Source: an uncultured Eubacteriales bacterium (GTDB lineage: Bacteria; Bacillota; Clostridia; Christensenellales; CAG-138). From it: 64,000 bases of DNA. Where the stretch lies: NCBI GenBank assembly GCA_900544965.1, contig UQXE01000006.1, forward strand, positions 4,740 through 68,739, given 5' to 3'. Positions 9,405-19,432 of the stretch are shown here, piece by piece. Position numbers and translations under genes: made by a program. The notes beneath the pieces are model-generated. The model searched no databases. It was not told the DNA's origin and was given only the letters and a program-made list of their open reading frames with translations. The stretch's first letter is position 1, and every line of letters starts with the position of its first letter.

Positions 9405-11639
9405 GTGGTGTATTATTTGATTAGCGAGTTTTCAATAACTGGCATGAGTTGTGCGGCGTGTTCATCAGCTGTAGAACGTGCCGCAGGCAGGGTTGACGGC
9501 GTGGAAGCCGCCCATGTAAACCTTGCTGCTGAGCGCTTAAGGGTAAGGAGCGAGGTTGATGTAAGCGACGCTGTTATTAACGCTGTAAAGAAGGCCGGTT
9601 TTGGCGCGCTGCCCTCTCAGGGCTTTAAAAAGCAGTCTATGCTTGACGAAGAACGGCGCGCAAAAGAACTTAGGGGGAAGAAAAAACGCCTTATCGTGGC
9701 TATAGCCTTTGCAATCCCCCTGTTCTATATATCCATGGGAACGATGGTTGGTCTGCCATCCCCAGTTGCGCCGGACAATCCTATGCTCTTTGCGGCAGTT
9801 CAACTGTTGCTGCTCATCCCAATCGTTGTGGCGGGCTGGGGTTTTTATGTGAGGGGGATAGGCGCTCTTTTCAGACTTCATCCAAATATGGATTCCCTCA
9901 TTTCTGTAGGAACCATTGCTTCGCTGGCATATTCCATCTATTCCATGTGGAGAATCTCAGTGGGAAACGCCCATGCCGCCCATGAGCTGTATTTTGAATC
10001 CATAGGCGTAATAATTACCCTGGTTATGCTTGGAAAGTACCTTGAAGCAAGAGCCAAGGGCAAAACCGGAGAAGCGCTTAAAAGCCTGATAGAGCTTGCG
10101 CCCGACAATGCGGTTATACAGGACAAAAACGGGGTTGAACGTGAAGTCAAAGTAGAGGAGCTTATGCCTGGAGACCTTGTAATCGTGCGTCCAGGGTCGT
10201 CAATACCCGCCGATGGAACAATAGTGAGGGGTGCTACCTCTATAGATGAATCCATGCTTACTGGCGAGAGCCTTCCCGTTGACAAATCGGTTGGCGATCA
10301 TGTAACCGGGGGCAGCGTTAATCTAGGGGGAGCGATAGTATTCCGTACAGTAAATGTTGGCGAGGATACAACACTTTCTGCGATGATACGCCTTGTTGAG
10401 GAGGCGCAGGGAACGAAATTGCCTATAGCAAGGCTTGCGGATAGGATAAGCGGCATATTTGTGCCGGTAGTGGGAGCAATAGCAGTTATCGCCGCTCTGA
10501 TATGGTTGGTTGCCGGCGAAACGGTTGAGCACGTTTTACGCATATTCGTATCCGTTCTGGTGATAGCCTGCCCTTGCGCGCTTGGACTGGCAACGCCAAC
10601 AGCCATAATGGTAGGAACGGGAAGGGGAGCTAAGCTTGGAATACTTATAAAGGACGGGGAAGCGCTTGAAACGGCATGCAGGCTTAACGTCTTGGCCATT
10701 GATAAAACAGGTACCCTGACCGAGGGGAGGCCCTCCGTGACTGACGTTATATCGTTTGAGATGAGCTCTTCTGAGATGTTGACCCTATTTGCAACCGGCG
10801 AAAAAATGTCGGAGCATCCGCTTGGCAAGGCAATAGTAGAGTATGCAGAAAAAGCAGGTCTGATGCCGGATAACCCTGATGAATTCGAAGCCCTTATTGG
10901 ACGCGGAGCTAGAGCAAGGGCTGAAGGCAAGCTATTGCTTATGGGCAATGCCGACCTTATGAAAGAAAGTGGAGTGGAGCTTGGCTCCGAGGTGCGCGCC
11001 CACATGGAGCGATTGGCTCAACAGGGAAAAACCCCTATGTTATTGGCGGCCGATGGGGACCTATGCGGTATAGTTGCTGTAGCGGACAAAATAAAGGATG
11101 AGGCGCCAGATGCGGTTGAAAGGCTTAAAGGCCAGAGGATAGACGTGGTTCTCATAACGGGGGACAATGCGAATACGGCCGAGGCTATTGGGCGGCAAGC
11201 TGGGATAGAGGACTTGCGAAGCAATGTCAGGCCTGAAGAAAAGGCGGGTATAATAAGCCAGCTGCAGTCGGAAGGAAAACTTGTGGGAATGGCAGGGGAT
11301 GGAATTAACGATGCGGTTGCGCTTGCTCAGGCAGACGTTGGTTTTTCGCTTAATACAGGAACGGATGTCGCCATTGCGGGCGCGTCAATAATTCTTATGA
11401 GAAGCGATCTAAGGGGTATATCCGACGCGGTTTCGCTCTCCAGGCGCACCATGCGTACTATAAAGCAAAATCTGTTCTGGGCTTTTGCCTACAACTGCAT
11501 AGGCATACCAATAGCGGCCGGTGTGTTATATGCGTTTGGGGGGCCATTGCTAAACCCAATGATGGCCGCGCTTGCTATGAGCTTCAGCTCCGTAACCGTA
11601 CTATTAAATGCGCTGAGGCTAAAGAGCGTAAAAATATAA
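9405..11639 (+). CDS. copA: Copper-translocating P1B-type ATPase
   Basis: N-terminal HMA 'GMSCAACS', a CPC motif in the TM helix ('[11 protein letters not shown]'), 'DKTGTLT', 'GDGINDA'. GTG start at 9405. Confidence 0.93.
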   Translation: MVYYLISEFSITGMSCAACSSAVERAAGRVDGVEAAHVNLAAERLRVRSEVDVSDAVINAVKKAGFGALPSQGFKKQSMLDEERRAKELRGKKKRLIVAIAFAIPLFYISMGTMVGLPSPVAPDNPMLFAAVQLLLLIPIVVAGWGFYVRGIGALFRLHPNMDSLISVGTIASLAYSIYSMWRISVGNAHAAHELYFESIGVIITLVMLGKYLEARAKGKTGEALKSLIELAPDNAVIQDKNGVEREVKVEELMPGDLVIVRPGSSIPADGTIVRGATSIDESMLTGESLPVDKSVGDHVTGGSVNLGGAIVFRTVNVGEDTTLSAMIRLVEEAQGTKLPIARLADRISGIFVPVVGAIAVIAALIWLVAGETVEHVLRIFVSVLVIACPCALGLATPTAIMVGTGRGAKLGILIKDGEALETACRLNVLAIDKTGTLTEGRPSVTDVISFEMSSSEMLTLFATGEKMSEHPLGKAIVEYAEKAGLMPDNPDEFEALIGRGARARAEGKLLLMGNADLMKESGVELGSEVRAHMERLAQQGKTPMLLAADGDLCGIVAVADKIKDEAPDAVERLKGQRIDVVLITGDNANTAEAIGRQAGIEDLRSNVRPEEKAGIISQLQSEGKLVGMAGDGINDAVALAQADVGFSLNTGTDVAIAGASIILMRSDLRGISDAVSLSRRTMRTIKQNLFWAFAYNCIGIPIAAGVLYAFGGPLLNPMMAALAMSFSSVTVLLNALRLKSVKI

Positions 11640-11655
11640 ATGAAATTAGGATAAT

Positions 11656-11683
11656 AAAAGTGGCAGTTATCGCTGCCACTTTT
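11656..11683. terminator. Bidirectional terminator between convergent copA and the DUF3825-like gene
   Basis: 11-bp stem AAAAGTGGCAG / CTGCCACTTTT with a 6-nt loop. T-rich runs flank it on both strands. Confidence 0.75.
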
Positions 11684-11697
11684 ATTATTTTCTAACG

Positions 11698-14600
11698 CTA
11701 ATCCTGCAATTCCTCAATCTCTTCGTCGATATTATCCGGAGTTATTCTATTCGGGTTCAGCCAATCGCTGTCAGGCCTGCATATCTGACGCGCGTCAAGG
11801 TATGCCATGGGAAGAGAAAGTATGGTCTGTCCCTGGTAGTTGCCAACGGTATTACGCTGGACAACCAGGGCGACGTCAGCGGTTTCATCGTCTAACAAAC
11901 AAAGGGGAAGCATAAGCGACATTGAATCCCGCGCGGGATGATACATCGGAACGGCCGTTTTATAGTTCCATCTTGTACGCTTTACCGCCAAGTCTATCGC
12001 ATCCTTCATTCGGTTGCGAAGGCGGTTATATAATTGCGGACTGTTTTTAAGGAAATCGCTGAGCTCCCTATAGCGTCTCTCCTTAACCAGCGCATTGTCA
12101 GCCAAATTGATCTCGTCGACCAGGCGTGAGGTGGTTGTATTATTGCATTCATATCTTATAAACTCCAGAGGAAGCCTTTCGGGGTGTTCAAGTATAATAT
12201 GGCTATAGTCTGTATATAGCTGGAGATCTACATCGTATATAAGATCACTGTGGGATTTATAATATCTGGCGGCTTCAGGCGGATTTTGAAAATGCTGCAA
12301 GAGCACTTTACCATCGTCAACGCCCGCTATGCAAAAGCTTCTCAAGCGCCATGGACTAGAATATCCGTCCTTAGACGGTTCAAAGCACGCATAAATGTCG
12401 TCATAAGTGCGTGTAACCAGTCCTGTATTAAAAGCCGCAAATATACCATTTCCCTTATCATCCAGCTTTTGCATAACCTTCTTTTCCCTGTCAAGCCTAT
12501 AGAATGTATAGCGCAGGTATTGAAGCAGTATAAATTTGCTGCAGTAGGCGCTCCCTTCAAAATCCCATTGCTCAGGCTGGGCCAGTTCCGCCAGCGCGTC
12601 AAGGGTTTCGTCCCATTTGCCCATATATGCCCAGCTTTCAAGCGTCCTGCCAGGAAAAACCTTAGTGCGGGATTTCTTAAGCGTTTGCGCGTTGACGGTT
12701 GCCGTTGGCACAGAGGACATTACGTTTCCTGACGCGGGATAGGGGCAGCCAGCGTCGTCTCTAAGAACTGCTCCGGCATACATCGCCATCCACGGCTGCT
12801 GGTTGCGCAAATTATTTCTTCTGCAATATATATATATGGGTCTTCCCATATCATCCAACCTTCCAGCAGGAAACGCCGCGCATGCCTCCCACAGCTCAAG
12901 CGTCCCCTCTTCCTGGGCTTTCATAAATGGGAACTGAAGCTGCTGCCATGCATCTTCTTTGGAAAATACGGTTGACGGAAACAGGCATTTTAACGAATCC
13001 AGAGCTTCCTTGCGCAGGCCACAGAACTTGCGCACGCTTTCAAACAGATTCATGCTTTCAGATTCAGATTTCTCGACAAGTACAGGTTCATTTCTGGACA
13101 TTGGCTCGTTTTCCGGCGATGTTTCGGGCAGGGGTTCAGACGGTCCCTCGGTATTTTCCCCAATATCGATTTCCTCATCTACTGGTTTCACTGCGTCGGA
13201 CTCGTCCAATGCCCTTGATAAGGGCAGCCTGGTCGATCCAATCATAGGATTAGAACCGATATATGTAAGAGCCCATGGCGCAGGATTTACTCCTGTGTTA
13301 GCGTTTGGACGGCACAATACGTATATCGGCTTGCCGGCTGAATCGTTTCTGCCAAGGGGGAATACGGATACATTGAGGTCATCGTATATTTCAAGCTCTC
13401 CACTTTTATTGGCGCTGTGAAACGCGCTGTTTAGCAGGCTCCATGCGGCCGACTCATTACCCATTGAGTAATGCGATATCAAAGTATTAAGTGTGTTTTG
13501 CGGAGCAAACCCAAATGAACTCAAGTCGTTTTCATTGGCTTTCGCTTCATCATCAGAAGCTGTAAAGCTATCCTCTTCAATTAGCTGTTCCTCGGTATCA
13601 GAGGGAGGACCGTTTAAAGCGGTTTCCTGATGGGCAACGGCCGCTTCCCCTGTTTCTTCCATGCTTTCATCCGGAGACGGGGGCAGGAGATGGTCGTTTT
13701 CCATATCAGCGTCGGCGTCGCTATCTATAGAATCCGGCTTGTCGACCTTAACGTTGGAGGCGGACTCGGTATCTATATCAGAATCCGCCTCCAAAGCATC
13801 AATATCAGACGCTAGGGCGCTGGTTTCACTTTGACTGTTGTCCGGCTTATTTAATAAATCTACGTCTTCCTCATTTGAATGTTCAGATAGCGGAAGCCTG
13901 ACAAATCCCAAGGTAGGATCAGGACCAACATAGGATATAACCCATCTTTGCTTGCCTATGTTGCGATTTGGTTTACAGAGCACATATATTGGCCTGTTCG
14001 AGCGGTCGCTTCTCCCCAAAGGAAAGATTACCGCGTTCAAATCATCATAGATTTCGAGGGTATTGTTTTGCTGTGCGTTTTTGAATGCGCTCTGGAGGAG
14101 GCGCCACGCCGAGGATGTATCCCTAGCCGGTGTATATGAAACGATTGATTTGCTAATAACCATTTGCGGTACATAACAAAAATCCCTGATGTCCCTTACC
14201 ACTTCGCTATGAAAATTTTTGCTTTCATCATTGATGGATAGATTGCCGTCATCATTATCAGGTATATCTATGGTTTGGACTGAATCTTTAGGATCTAAAG
14301 CCCATACCGTACCAATGTAGTCTTCATCAAAGCTATCAGGAAATAAACCGGCTTCATCCTGATAACCCGCCTCAGGGTCGGTATCCTCGCTAGATGCCTT
14401 ATCGGATTGGACAGCGTCTATCAAAACAGCTGAATCCGTGATTTTGGATGAACTACCGGAGAGGGGAGATAGAATACCTTTGTGGAATCCTATGCTGCTT
14501 GAATCCAGCGATTCAAATTTATCCGATTTCGTTTTATCGTCAATTAGGCAAATATCTGTATTTTTTGTTATGTCATCTGGAAAATCCATGGCGGCTTCAT

Positions 14601-14913
14601 TAAGTATTCTGGACTCGGGTTCTGATCCAACATAAACGGCAAGCCAAGGTCTTGGGATTTCCTGCTTTGCCCCATTTGGCTCACATAGCAAAAACAGTTC
14701 GTTTCCATCCTTATCATCACGTCCTATAGGAAAAAACATAGCGTTATTTTTAATCTTTAGCCTATTTTCCTTTTGTGCGGACAAGAATCCTTTTTTTAAC
14801 AATGTTTTTGCATATCGTTCACTGCTTACGCCCGGAAGCATGGATACAAATTGCTCTAATAATTTTTTGGGGACATAACACATTTGAAAAAGATCAGTTT
14901 CATTCAAATCCAT
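11698..14913 (-). CDS. Large multi-module protein: four tandem ~90-aa modules separated by acidic linkers, plus a DUF3825-like C-terminal domain
   Basis: Start refined to ATG 14913 (AAGGAG 8 nt upstream); the ORF track extends it to 14964. The C-terminal ~300 aa ('WDETLDALAELAQPEQWDF', 'LQYLRYTFYRL', 'YHPARDSMSLMLPLCL', 'YQGQTILSLPMAYLDAR') match my memory of PF12873. Confidence 0.8.
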   Translation of the reverse strand: MDLNETDLFQMCYVPKKLLEQFVSMLPGVSSERYAKTLLKKGFLSAQKENRLKIKNNAMFFPIGRDDKDGNELFLLCEPNGAKQEIPRPWLAVYVGSEPESRILNEAAMDFPDDITKNTDICLIDDKTKSDKFESLDSSSIGFHKGILSPLSGSSSKITDSAVLIDAVQSDKASSEDTDPEAGYQDEAGLFPDSFDEDYIGTVWALDPKDSVQTIDIPDNDDGNLSINDESKNFHSEVVRDIRDFCYVPQMVISKSIVSYTPARDTSSAWRLLQSAFKNAQQNNTLEIYDDLNAVIFPLGRSDRSNRPIYVLCKPNRNIGKQRWVISYVGPDPTLGFVRLPLSEHSNEEDVDLLNKPDNSQSETSALASDIDALEADSDIDTESASNVKVDKPDSIDSDADADMENDHLLPPSPDESMEETGEAAVAHQETALNGPPSDTEEQLIEEDSFTASDDEAKANENDLSSFGFAPQNTLNTLISHYSMGNESAAWSLLNSAFHSANKSGELEIYDDLNVSVFPLGRNDSAGKPIYVLCRPNANTGVNPAPWALTYIGSNPMIGSTRLPLSRALDESDAVKPVDEEIDIGENTEGPSEPLPETSPENEPMSRNEPVLVEKSESESMNLFESVRKFCGLRKEALDSLKCLFPSTVFSKEDAWQQLQFPFMKAQEEGTLELWEACAAFPAGRLDDMGRPIYIYCRRNNLRNQQPWMAMYAGAVLRDDAGCPYPASGNVMSSVPTATVNAQTLKKSRTKVFPGRTLESWAYMGKWDETLDALAELAQPEQWDFEGSAYCSKFILLQYLRYTFYRLDREKKVMQKLDDKGNGIFAAFNTGLVTRTYDDIYACFEPSKDGYSSPWRLRSFCIAGVDDGKVLLQHFQNPPEAARYYKSHSDLIYDVDLQLYTDYSHIILEHPERLPLEFIRYECNNTTTSRLVDEINLADNALVKERRYRELSDFLKNSPQLYNRLRNRMKDAIDLAVKRTRWNYKTAVPMYHPARDSMSLMLPLCLLDDETADVALVVQRNTVGNYQGQTILSLPMAYLDARQICRPDSDWLNPNRITPDNIDEEIEELQD
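12772..14895 (-). repeat. Intragenic protein-level tandem modules (14617-14895, 13915-14193, 13246-13524, 12772-13047)
   Basis: Shared core: 'FFPIGRDDKDGNELFLLCEPN...PWLAVYVG' / 'IFPLGRSDRSNRPIYVLCKPN...RWVISYVG' / 'VFPLGRNDSAGKPIYVLCRPN...PWALTYIG' / 'AFPAGRLDDMGRPIYIYCRRN...PWMAMYAG'. Confidence 0.8.
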
Positions 14914-15145
14914 CTCACTTTCTCCTTTATATTTTTTAACAAACATTAATCTAAATTGTAGCATATGGATAATAGTTATGCAAGATGGCGCTAAGTTGCG
15001 GGAAACGCTACAATTATGGTTATAATTTAGAGCATTTACAATGCCTGCGCTTCATCCAAATACTTTGACAGGATATATGGCTTCAAAAAGCATTGTGTTT
15101 ATGGTATTATGATGTGGTAATTGCTATAACTTTGAAGGGGATTCT

Positions 15146-17593
15146 ATGGCGGCTAAGAACAATAAAAACACGCGCAAAGCAAATGCGTGTAAAAAAGGCC
15201 CCGCTTCGCAGAAAAATGCAGGGTTGCGCATAAAATACGATATTATTGCTATATTGATCGTCGCTTTGGGCGTTTTTATTTGTGCTTCCATATTCTTTGA
15301 CGGTGTAGGCGTTATTGGAAATGTATTGAAGGATGTTTTGTTAGGGATATTTGGAGTGGCGGGTTTTGCAATTCCATTCGCTTTGCTGGGAATGGGCTTT
15401 TATATGCTTTTTACGGCCAGCTCAGGCGTAAACAGGCGCAATGTGCTGATGATTGCTCTAATATTAGTATCAATTATGTCCTTTATACATCTTGCCGCAA
15501 GACCGGCTGTATCCAATGATACCGTATGGGCTTACTATAAAGAAGCCTATTATTTGGGCGTTAAGGATCACCGCGGCGGCGGTGTAATAGGATCACTTCT
15601 AACCTATCCAATGCAGCTGCTTGTAGGGAAGGTAGGTTCATACGTTTTTTTCATGGCTTCTTTCCTAACCCTAACAATAGCGTTAACGAGGTTTTCCATT
15701 GGGAATGTTGCGGCAACGAAGATATTTAAAAAGGCGACTTATAAAACTTCAAAATCCAAGGTCACGTCAAGGAAAGAGGAACAAATCGTAGAAATAGACG
15801 ATGTTGAATTATACAATAGTAAGAAGAAAAGGGACTTTATGGAGGAACTTGACGATATTATAATATCCGCAGACGAACCAAGGAGAGGTCACAAAGATGA
15901 CGTACTCACACCTTTAACCGATACAGTCTCTAAAAGGCATGACACCGATATTCAAATCCCCGACGCATACGACACAAGGTTTGATGCGAATGGGACGGAT
16001 CAGCGGTTTCAAACGATCTATGAAGTGCCCGCCGAGGAAGAGCCATTACCAGTAATAGCAGAGGCAGTACCAGCTTCCGTATCCGGTGCCGCCGTCACTG
16101 CTGATGCCGAACAAGATTCAGGTCCATCAGGCGCTGCGATATATCAGCGCCCGCCTCTGACATTGCTGAAGCCCTCCGAGGAGACCTACAGCGTTGCGGA
16201 TGAATCCGCCACCGAAAAGCGAAGGGTTCTTATGGATACGCTTTCCAGCTTCAATATAACGGGTAAAATTGTAAATACCAGCGTAGGACCAGCAATAACG
16301 CGTTTTGAGTTCCAACCGGACAAAGGCATACGTGTAAACCGTATAACTGCGCTGTCAAACGATATAGCCCTTGCGCTGGCCGCCCCCAGAGTTAGAATTG
16401 AAGCGCCGATTCCAGGAAAAGCCGCTATAGGGTTTGAAGTTCCAAACAGGAATACCGCCGCCGTATTGCTTCGCGAGGTAATAGAGTCAAAGGAGTTCCA
16501 GTCGGCTAAGTCAACCGTTACGGTGGCTTTGGGTAAGGACATAGCGGGCTATGTCCTTACCGCCGATCTCGAGCGCATGCCGCACCTATTGATAGCCGGA
16601 CAGACCGGTTCGGGCAAAAGCGTATGCATAAACAACATAATAATTAGCCTTGTATACAAATCTGCGCCTGACGACCTGAAGATGATACTTATAGATCCAA
16701 AGGTAGTGGAATTAAGCGTATTCTCAGCACTGCCTCATCTTATGCGGCCTGTTGTCACCGATCCTAAAAAGGCTGCCGGGGCGCTAAAGTGGGCTGTTCA
16801 TGAAATGGAGCAGAGGTACAACAAGATGGCGAAGCGTAACGCCAGGGATCTCGCCCGCTATAACGCGTTGCAGGATAATCCAGAGGACAAGCTTCCAAAA
16901 CTTGTGATTATAATTGACGAGCTGGCGGATCTTATGATGGTTGCGGCAAAGGACGTGGAAGACGCAATATGCAGAATTGCGCAGCTGGGACGCGCAGCCG
17001 GCATTCACCTAGTCGTTGCCACGCAGAGCCCAAGGACTGATATAATTACGGGCCTGATAAAGGCTAATATACCTTCCAGAATCGCTTTTGCCGTTACAAA
17101 TGGAATTGATTCTAGAGTTATTCTCGACTGCATGGGCGCTGAAAAGCTGCTTGGGAAGGGGGATATGCTCTTCCATCCCAATGGCGCAAATAAGCCGATA
17201 AGAGCGCAGGGAGCATACGTATCCGATGAAGAGGTAGAGGCTGTAACCAGCTTTTTTGCCGAGCAGAACGTAATTCCAGATTATGACGCCGCCGCCATTG
17301 ACGACAGCTTTGAGCCTAAAGCCGGCAATGCTCAAGGACAGGGACGTCAGGACGACGAGCTGCTGGGAGACGCCATAAAGGTATGCCTGGAAAACGGCGT
17401 CGCGTCAATTTCATTGCTCCAGCGCAGACTGCGAGTGGGCTATGCTCGAGCCGCAAGGCTTATAGATATAATGGAACAGAAAAATTTTATCAGTGGCTTT
17501 GAGGGGAGCAAGTCACGCAAATTGCATATAACTCAATACGAGTATGAGCAAATGTTTGGAACTGGAAAGGAAGGGGAGACGCTGGATGGATAA
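15146..17593 (+). CDS. ftsK: DNA translocase FtsK/SpoIIIE
   Basis: N-terminal TM helices, then the motor domain ('GQTGSGKSVCIN', 'IIIDELADLMM', 'ATQSPR') and a gamma-domain winged helix ('ISLLQRRLRVGYARAARLID'). Confidence 0.93.
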   Translation: MAAKNNKNTRKANACKKGPASQKNAGLRIKYDIIAILIVALGVFICASIFFDGVGVIGNVLKDVLLGIFGVAGFAIPFALLGMGFYMLFTASSGVNRRNVLMIALILVSIMSFIHLAARPAVSNDTVWAYYKEAYYLGVKDHRGGGVIGSLLTYPMQLLVGKVGSYVFFMASFLTLTIALTRFSIGNVAATKIFKKATYKTSKSKVTSRKEEQIVEIDDVELYNSKKKRDFMEELDDIIISADEPRRGHKDDVLTPLTDTVSKRHDTDIQIPDAYDTRFDANGTDQRFQTIYEVPAEEEPLPVIAEAVPASVSGAAVTADAEQDSGPSGAAIYQRPPLTLLKPSEETYSVADESATEKRRVLMDTLSSFNITGKIVNTSVGPAITRFEFQPDKGIRVNRITALSNDIALALAAPRVRIEAPIPGKAAIGFEVPNRNTAAVLLREVIESKEFQSAKSTVTVALGKDIAGYVLTADLERMPHLLIAGQTGSGKSVCINNIIISLVYKSAPDDLKMILIDPKVVELSVFSALPHLMRPVVTDPKKAAGALKWAVHEMEQRYNKMAKRNARDLARYNALQDNPEDKLPKLVIIIDELADLMMVAAKDVEDAICRIAQLGRAAGIHLVVATQSPRTDIITGLIKANIPSRIAFAVTNGIDSRVILDCMGAEKLLGKGDMLFHPNGANKPIRAQGAYVSDEEVEAVTSFFAEQNVIPDYDAAAIDDSFEPKAGNAQGQGRQDDELLGDAIKVCLENGVASISLLQRRLRVGYARAARLIDIMEQKNFISGFEGSKSRKLHITQYEYEQMFGTGKEGETLDG

Positions 17594-18884
17594 AATAGGG
17601 GTAATCTCGCTCGGCTGCTCAAAAAACAGGATAGATACCGAAATAATGCTAGATTTGCTAAAAAGCTCCGGCTTTAAATTTGTAAATGATCCTGCGGAAG
17701 CAGAAATTCTGATTGTGAATACATGCGGATTTATTGACGCTGCCAAGGAGGAATCGATTGAAAATATTTTGGAGATGGCTGGATATAAGACAAGCGGTAA
17801 ATGCAGGCTGTTAGCCGTAACGGGCTGCCTAAGTCAGAGATATCCGGAAGAGCTTAAGGAGAGCCTTCCGGAGGTAGACCTTTTCTATGGGGTTAGGGAC
17901 TATGAACAGTTGGCCGGAAGGCTAGCGGAGCTGTGTGGAAAGCCGGTTCCTCACGCATCGGGTTGCGGACGTGTTCTAACCACGCCGTCATTCAGGGCAT
18001 ACCTGCGAATCGCCGATGGCTGCGACAACAGGTGTACTTATTGCGCAATTCCAATTATAAGGGGCGGAAGAAGGAGCGTGCCCATGGACCGCCTATTGTC
18101 GGAAGCCAGGCTGCTTGCCCAAGGCGGCGTAAAGGAGCTTACGGTCGTCGCCCAGGATACCACAAGCTATGGCGTAGATATCTATGGAAGGCCTATGATA
18201 AAGGATTTGCTCAACGAGCTTTCCAGAATTGATGGTTTTGTATGGATACGCCTCATGTACGCATATCCCAGCACTGTAACGGAAGAGTTGATAGACTCGA
18301 TAATAAGCAATGACAAAATCCTGAACTATATGGATATTCCCATACAGCACATCAATCAGGAAGTGTTAAGAAGAATGAACCGCCATGGCTCTCGAGAACA
18401 TATAGAACATATGGTTAAGTATATAAGAAGTGCGGAGCCTGAATTCATACTTCGCACTACGGCCATGGTTGGGTTTCCAGGCGAATCTGAAGACCAGTTT
18501 AAGGAGTTGCTCAACTTCCTTTGCGAAAACCCATTCAATAGGGTAGGCGCGTTCGCCTACTCGGCCGAGGATGGAACTATAGCGGCTGGATACACGGATC
18601 AGGTTGATGAAACAGTAAAGAACAGGCGCTTGAAAAGCCTGTATTCAGCACAGCAAAAGCTATCTCTTGAATTTAACCGAAGAAGAGTTGGTAAAACGGA
18701 GCGCGTGCTGGTAGAATATATTGATAGCGGCCTTGCTTATTGCAGATCGTATGCCGAATCGCCCGAGCTGGACGGTTACATCATTGTGAAGGATACCGGC
18801 GACGCCCTTAGAGCAGGTGATTTTGCCGAAGTTGTTCTGAGGAGTGCGGAAGAATATGACATATGGGGGGAGCTGACGAAATGA
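17586..18884 (+). CDS. rimO: Ribosomal protein S12 methylthiotransferase
   Basis: Start refined to ATG 17586 ('MDKIGVISLGCSKN'). Radical-SAM 'CDNRCTYCAIP' and a TRAM C-terminus. Confidence 0.88.
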   Translation: MDKIGVISLGCSKNRIDTEIMLDLLKSSGFKFVNDPAEAEILIVNTCGFIDAAKEESIENILEMAGYKTSGKCRLLAVTGCLSQRYPEELKESLPEVDLFYGVRDYEQLAGRLAELCGKPVPHASGCGRVLTTPSFRAYLRIADGCDNRCTYCAIPIIRGGRRSVPMDRLLSEARLLAQGGVKELTVVAQDTTSYGVDIYGRPMIKDLLNELSRIDGFVWIRLMYAYPSTVTEELIDSIISNDKILNYMDIPIQHINQEVLRRMNRHGSREHIEHMVKYIRSAEPEFILRTTAMVGFPGESEDQFKELLNFLCENPFNRVGAFAYSAEDGTIAAGYTDQVDETVKNRRLKSLYSAQQKLSLEFNRRRVGKTERVLVEYIDSGLAYCRSYAESPELDGYIIVKDTGDALRAGDFAEVVLRSAEEYDIWGELTK

Positions 18885-19420
18885 ATCTTCCTAATAAACT
18901 TACCCTAATACGAATTGCAATGATTCCAGTTTTTATTGCGTGTTTCTATATCCCTTATAGCTGGTGGAATTATTGCGCGTCGGCAATCTTCCTAATAGCT
19001 TATATTACGGATATAATTGATGGCAACTATGCCAGGAAACATGGGATAGTAACCGATTTTGGCAAACTTATGGACCCAATAGCGGATAAGCTGTTGACTT
19101 CAAGCGCATTGATCATGCTAGCCGGAAGGGGAATGCTGTCCCCTATACCAGCATTTATAATAATTGCCCGGGAGTTCATCATTAGCGGCTTTAGAATGGT
19201 ATCCGCCGGAAAGGGCAATATTATTTCGGCAAACTGGATAGGTAAGGTTAAAACCGTTTTGCAATGTGTGGCATTGCTGCTTATAATGCTTGAAAATCCA
19301 ATATTTTCAGCATGGGGGATTCCTCTTGATAAGATAGTACTATGGATATCAGTAATTTTGGCGGTATGGTCCGCTGGCGATTATATAATCAAAAATAAAA
19401 GCGCATTAAATTTTAACTAA
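18881..19420 (+). CDS. pgsA: CDP-diacylglycerol--glycerol-3-phosphate 3-phosphatidyltransferase
   Basis: CDP-alcohol phosphatidyltransferase motif 'DIIDGNYARKHGIVTDFGKLMDPIADK'. Start refined to ATG 18881. Confidence 0.88.
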   Translation: MNLPNKLTLIRIAMIPVFIACFYIPYSWWNYCASAIFLIAYITDIIDGNYARKHGIVTDFGKLMDPIADKLLTSSALIMLAGRGMLSPIPAFIIIAREFIISGFRMVSAGKGNIISANWIGKVKTVLQCVALLLIMLENPIFSAWGIPLDKIVLWISVILAVWSAGDYIIKNKSALNFN

Positions 19421-19432
19421 GGAAGTGACAAT

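Noticed and set aside
9537-11224. Long antisense ORFs inside copA (for example 10298-11005, 235 aa). Similar cases lie inside cinA (19735-20622), the alpha/beta oxidoreductase subunits (38598-39359), prkC (47655-48308), cdaA (44312-44953) and the histidine kinases.
   Set aside because: Ser/Pro/Ala-rich shadow translations opposite strongly supported genes, with no independent signals.
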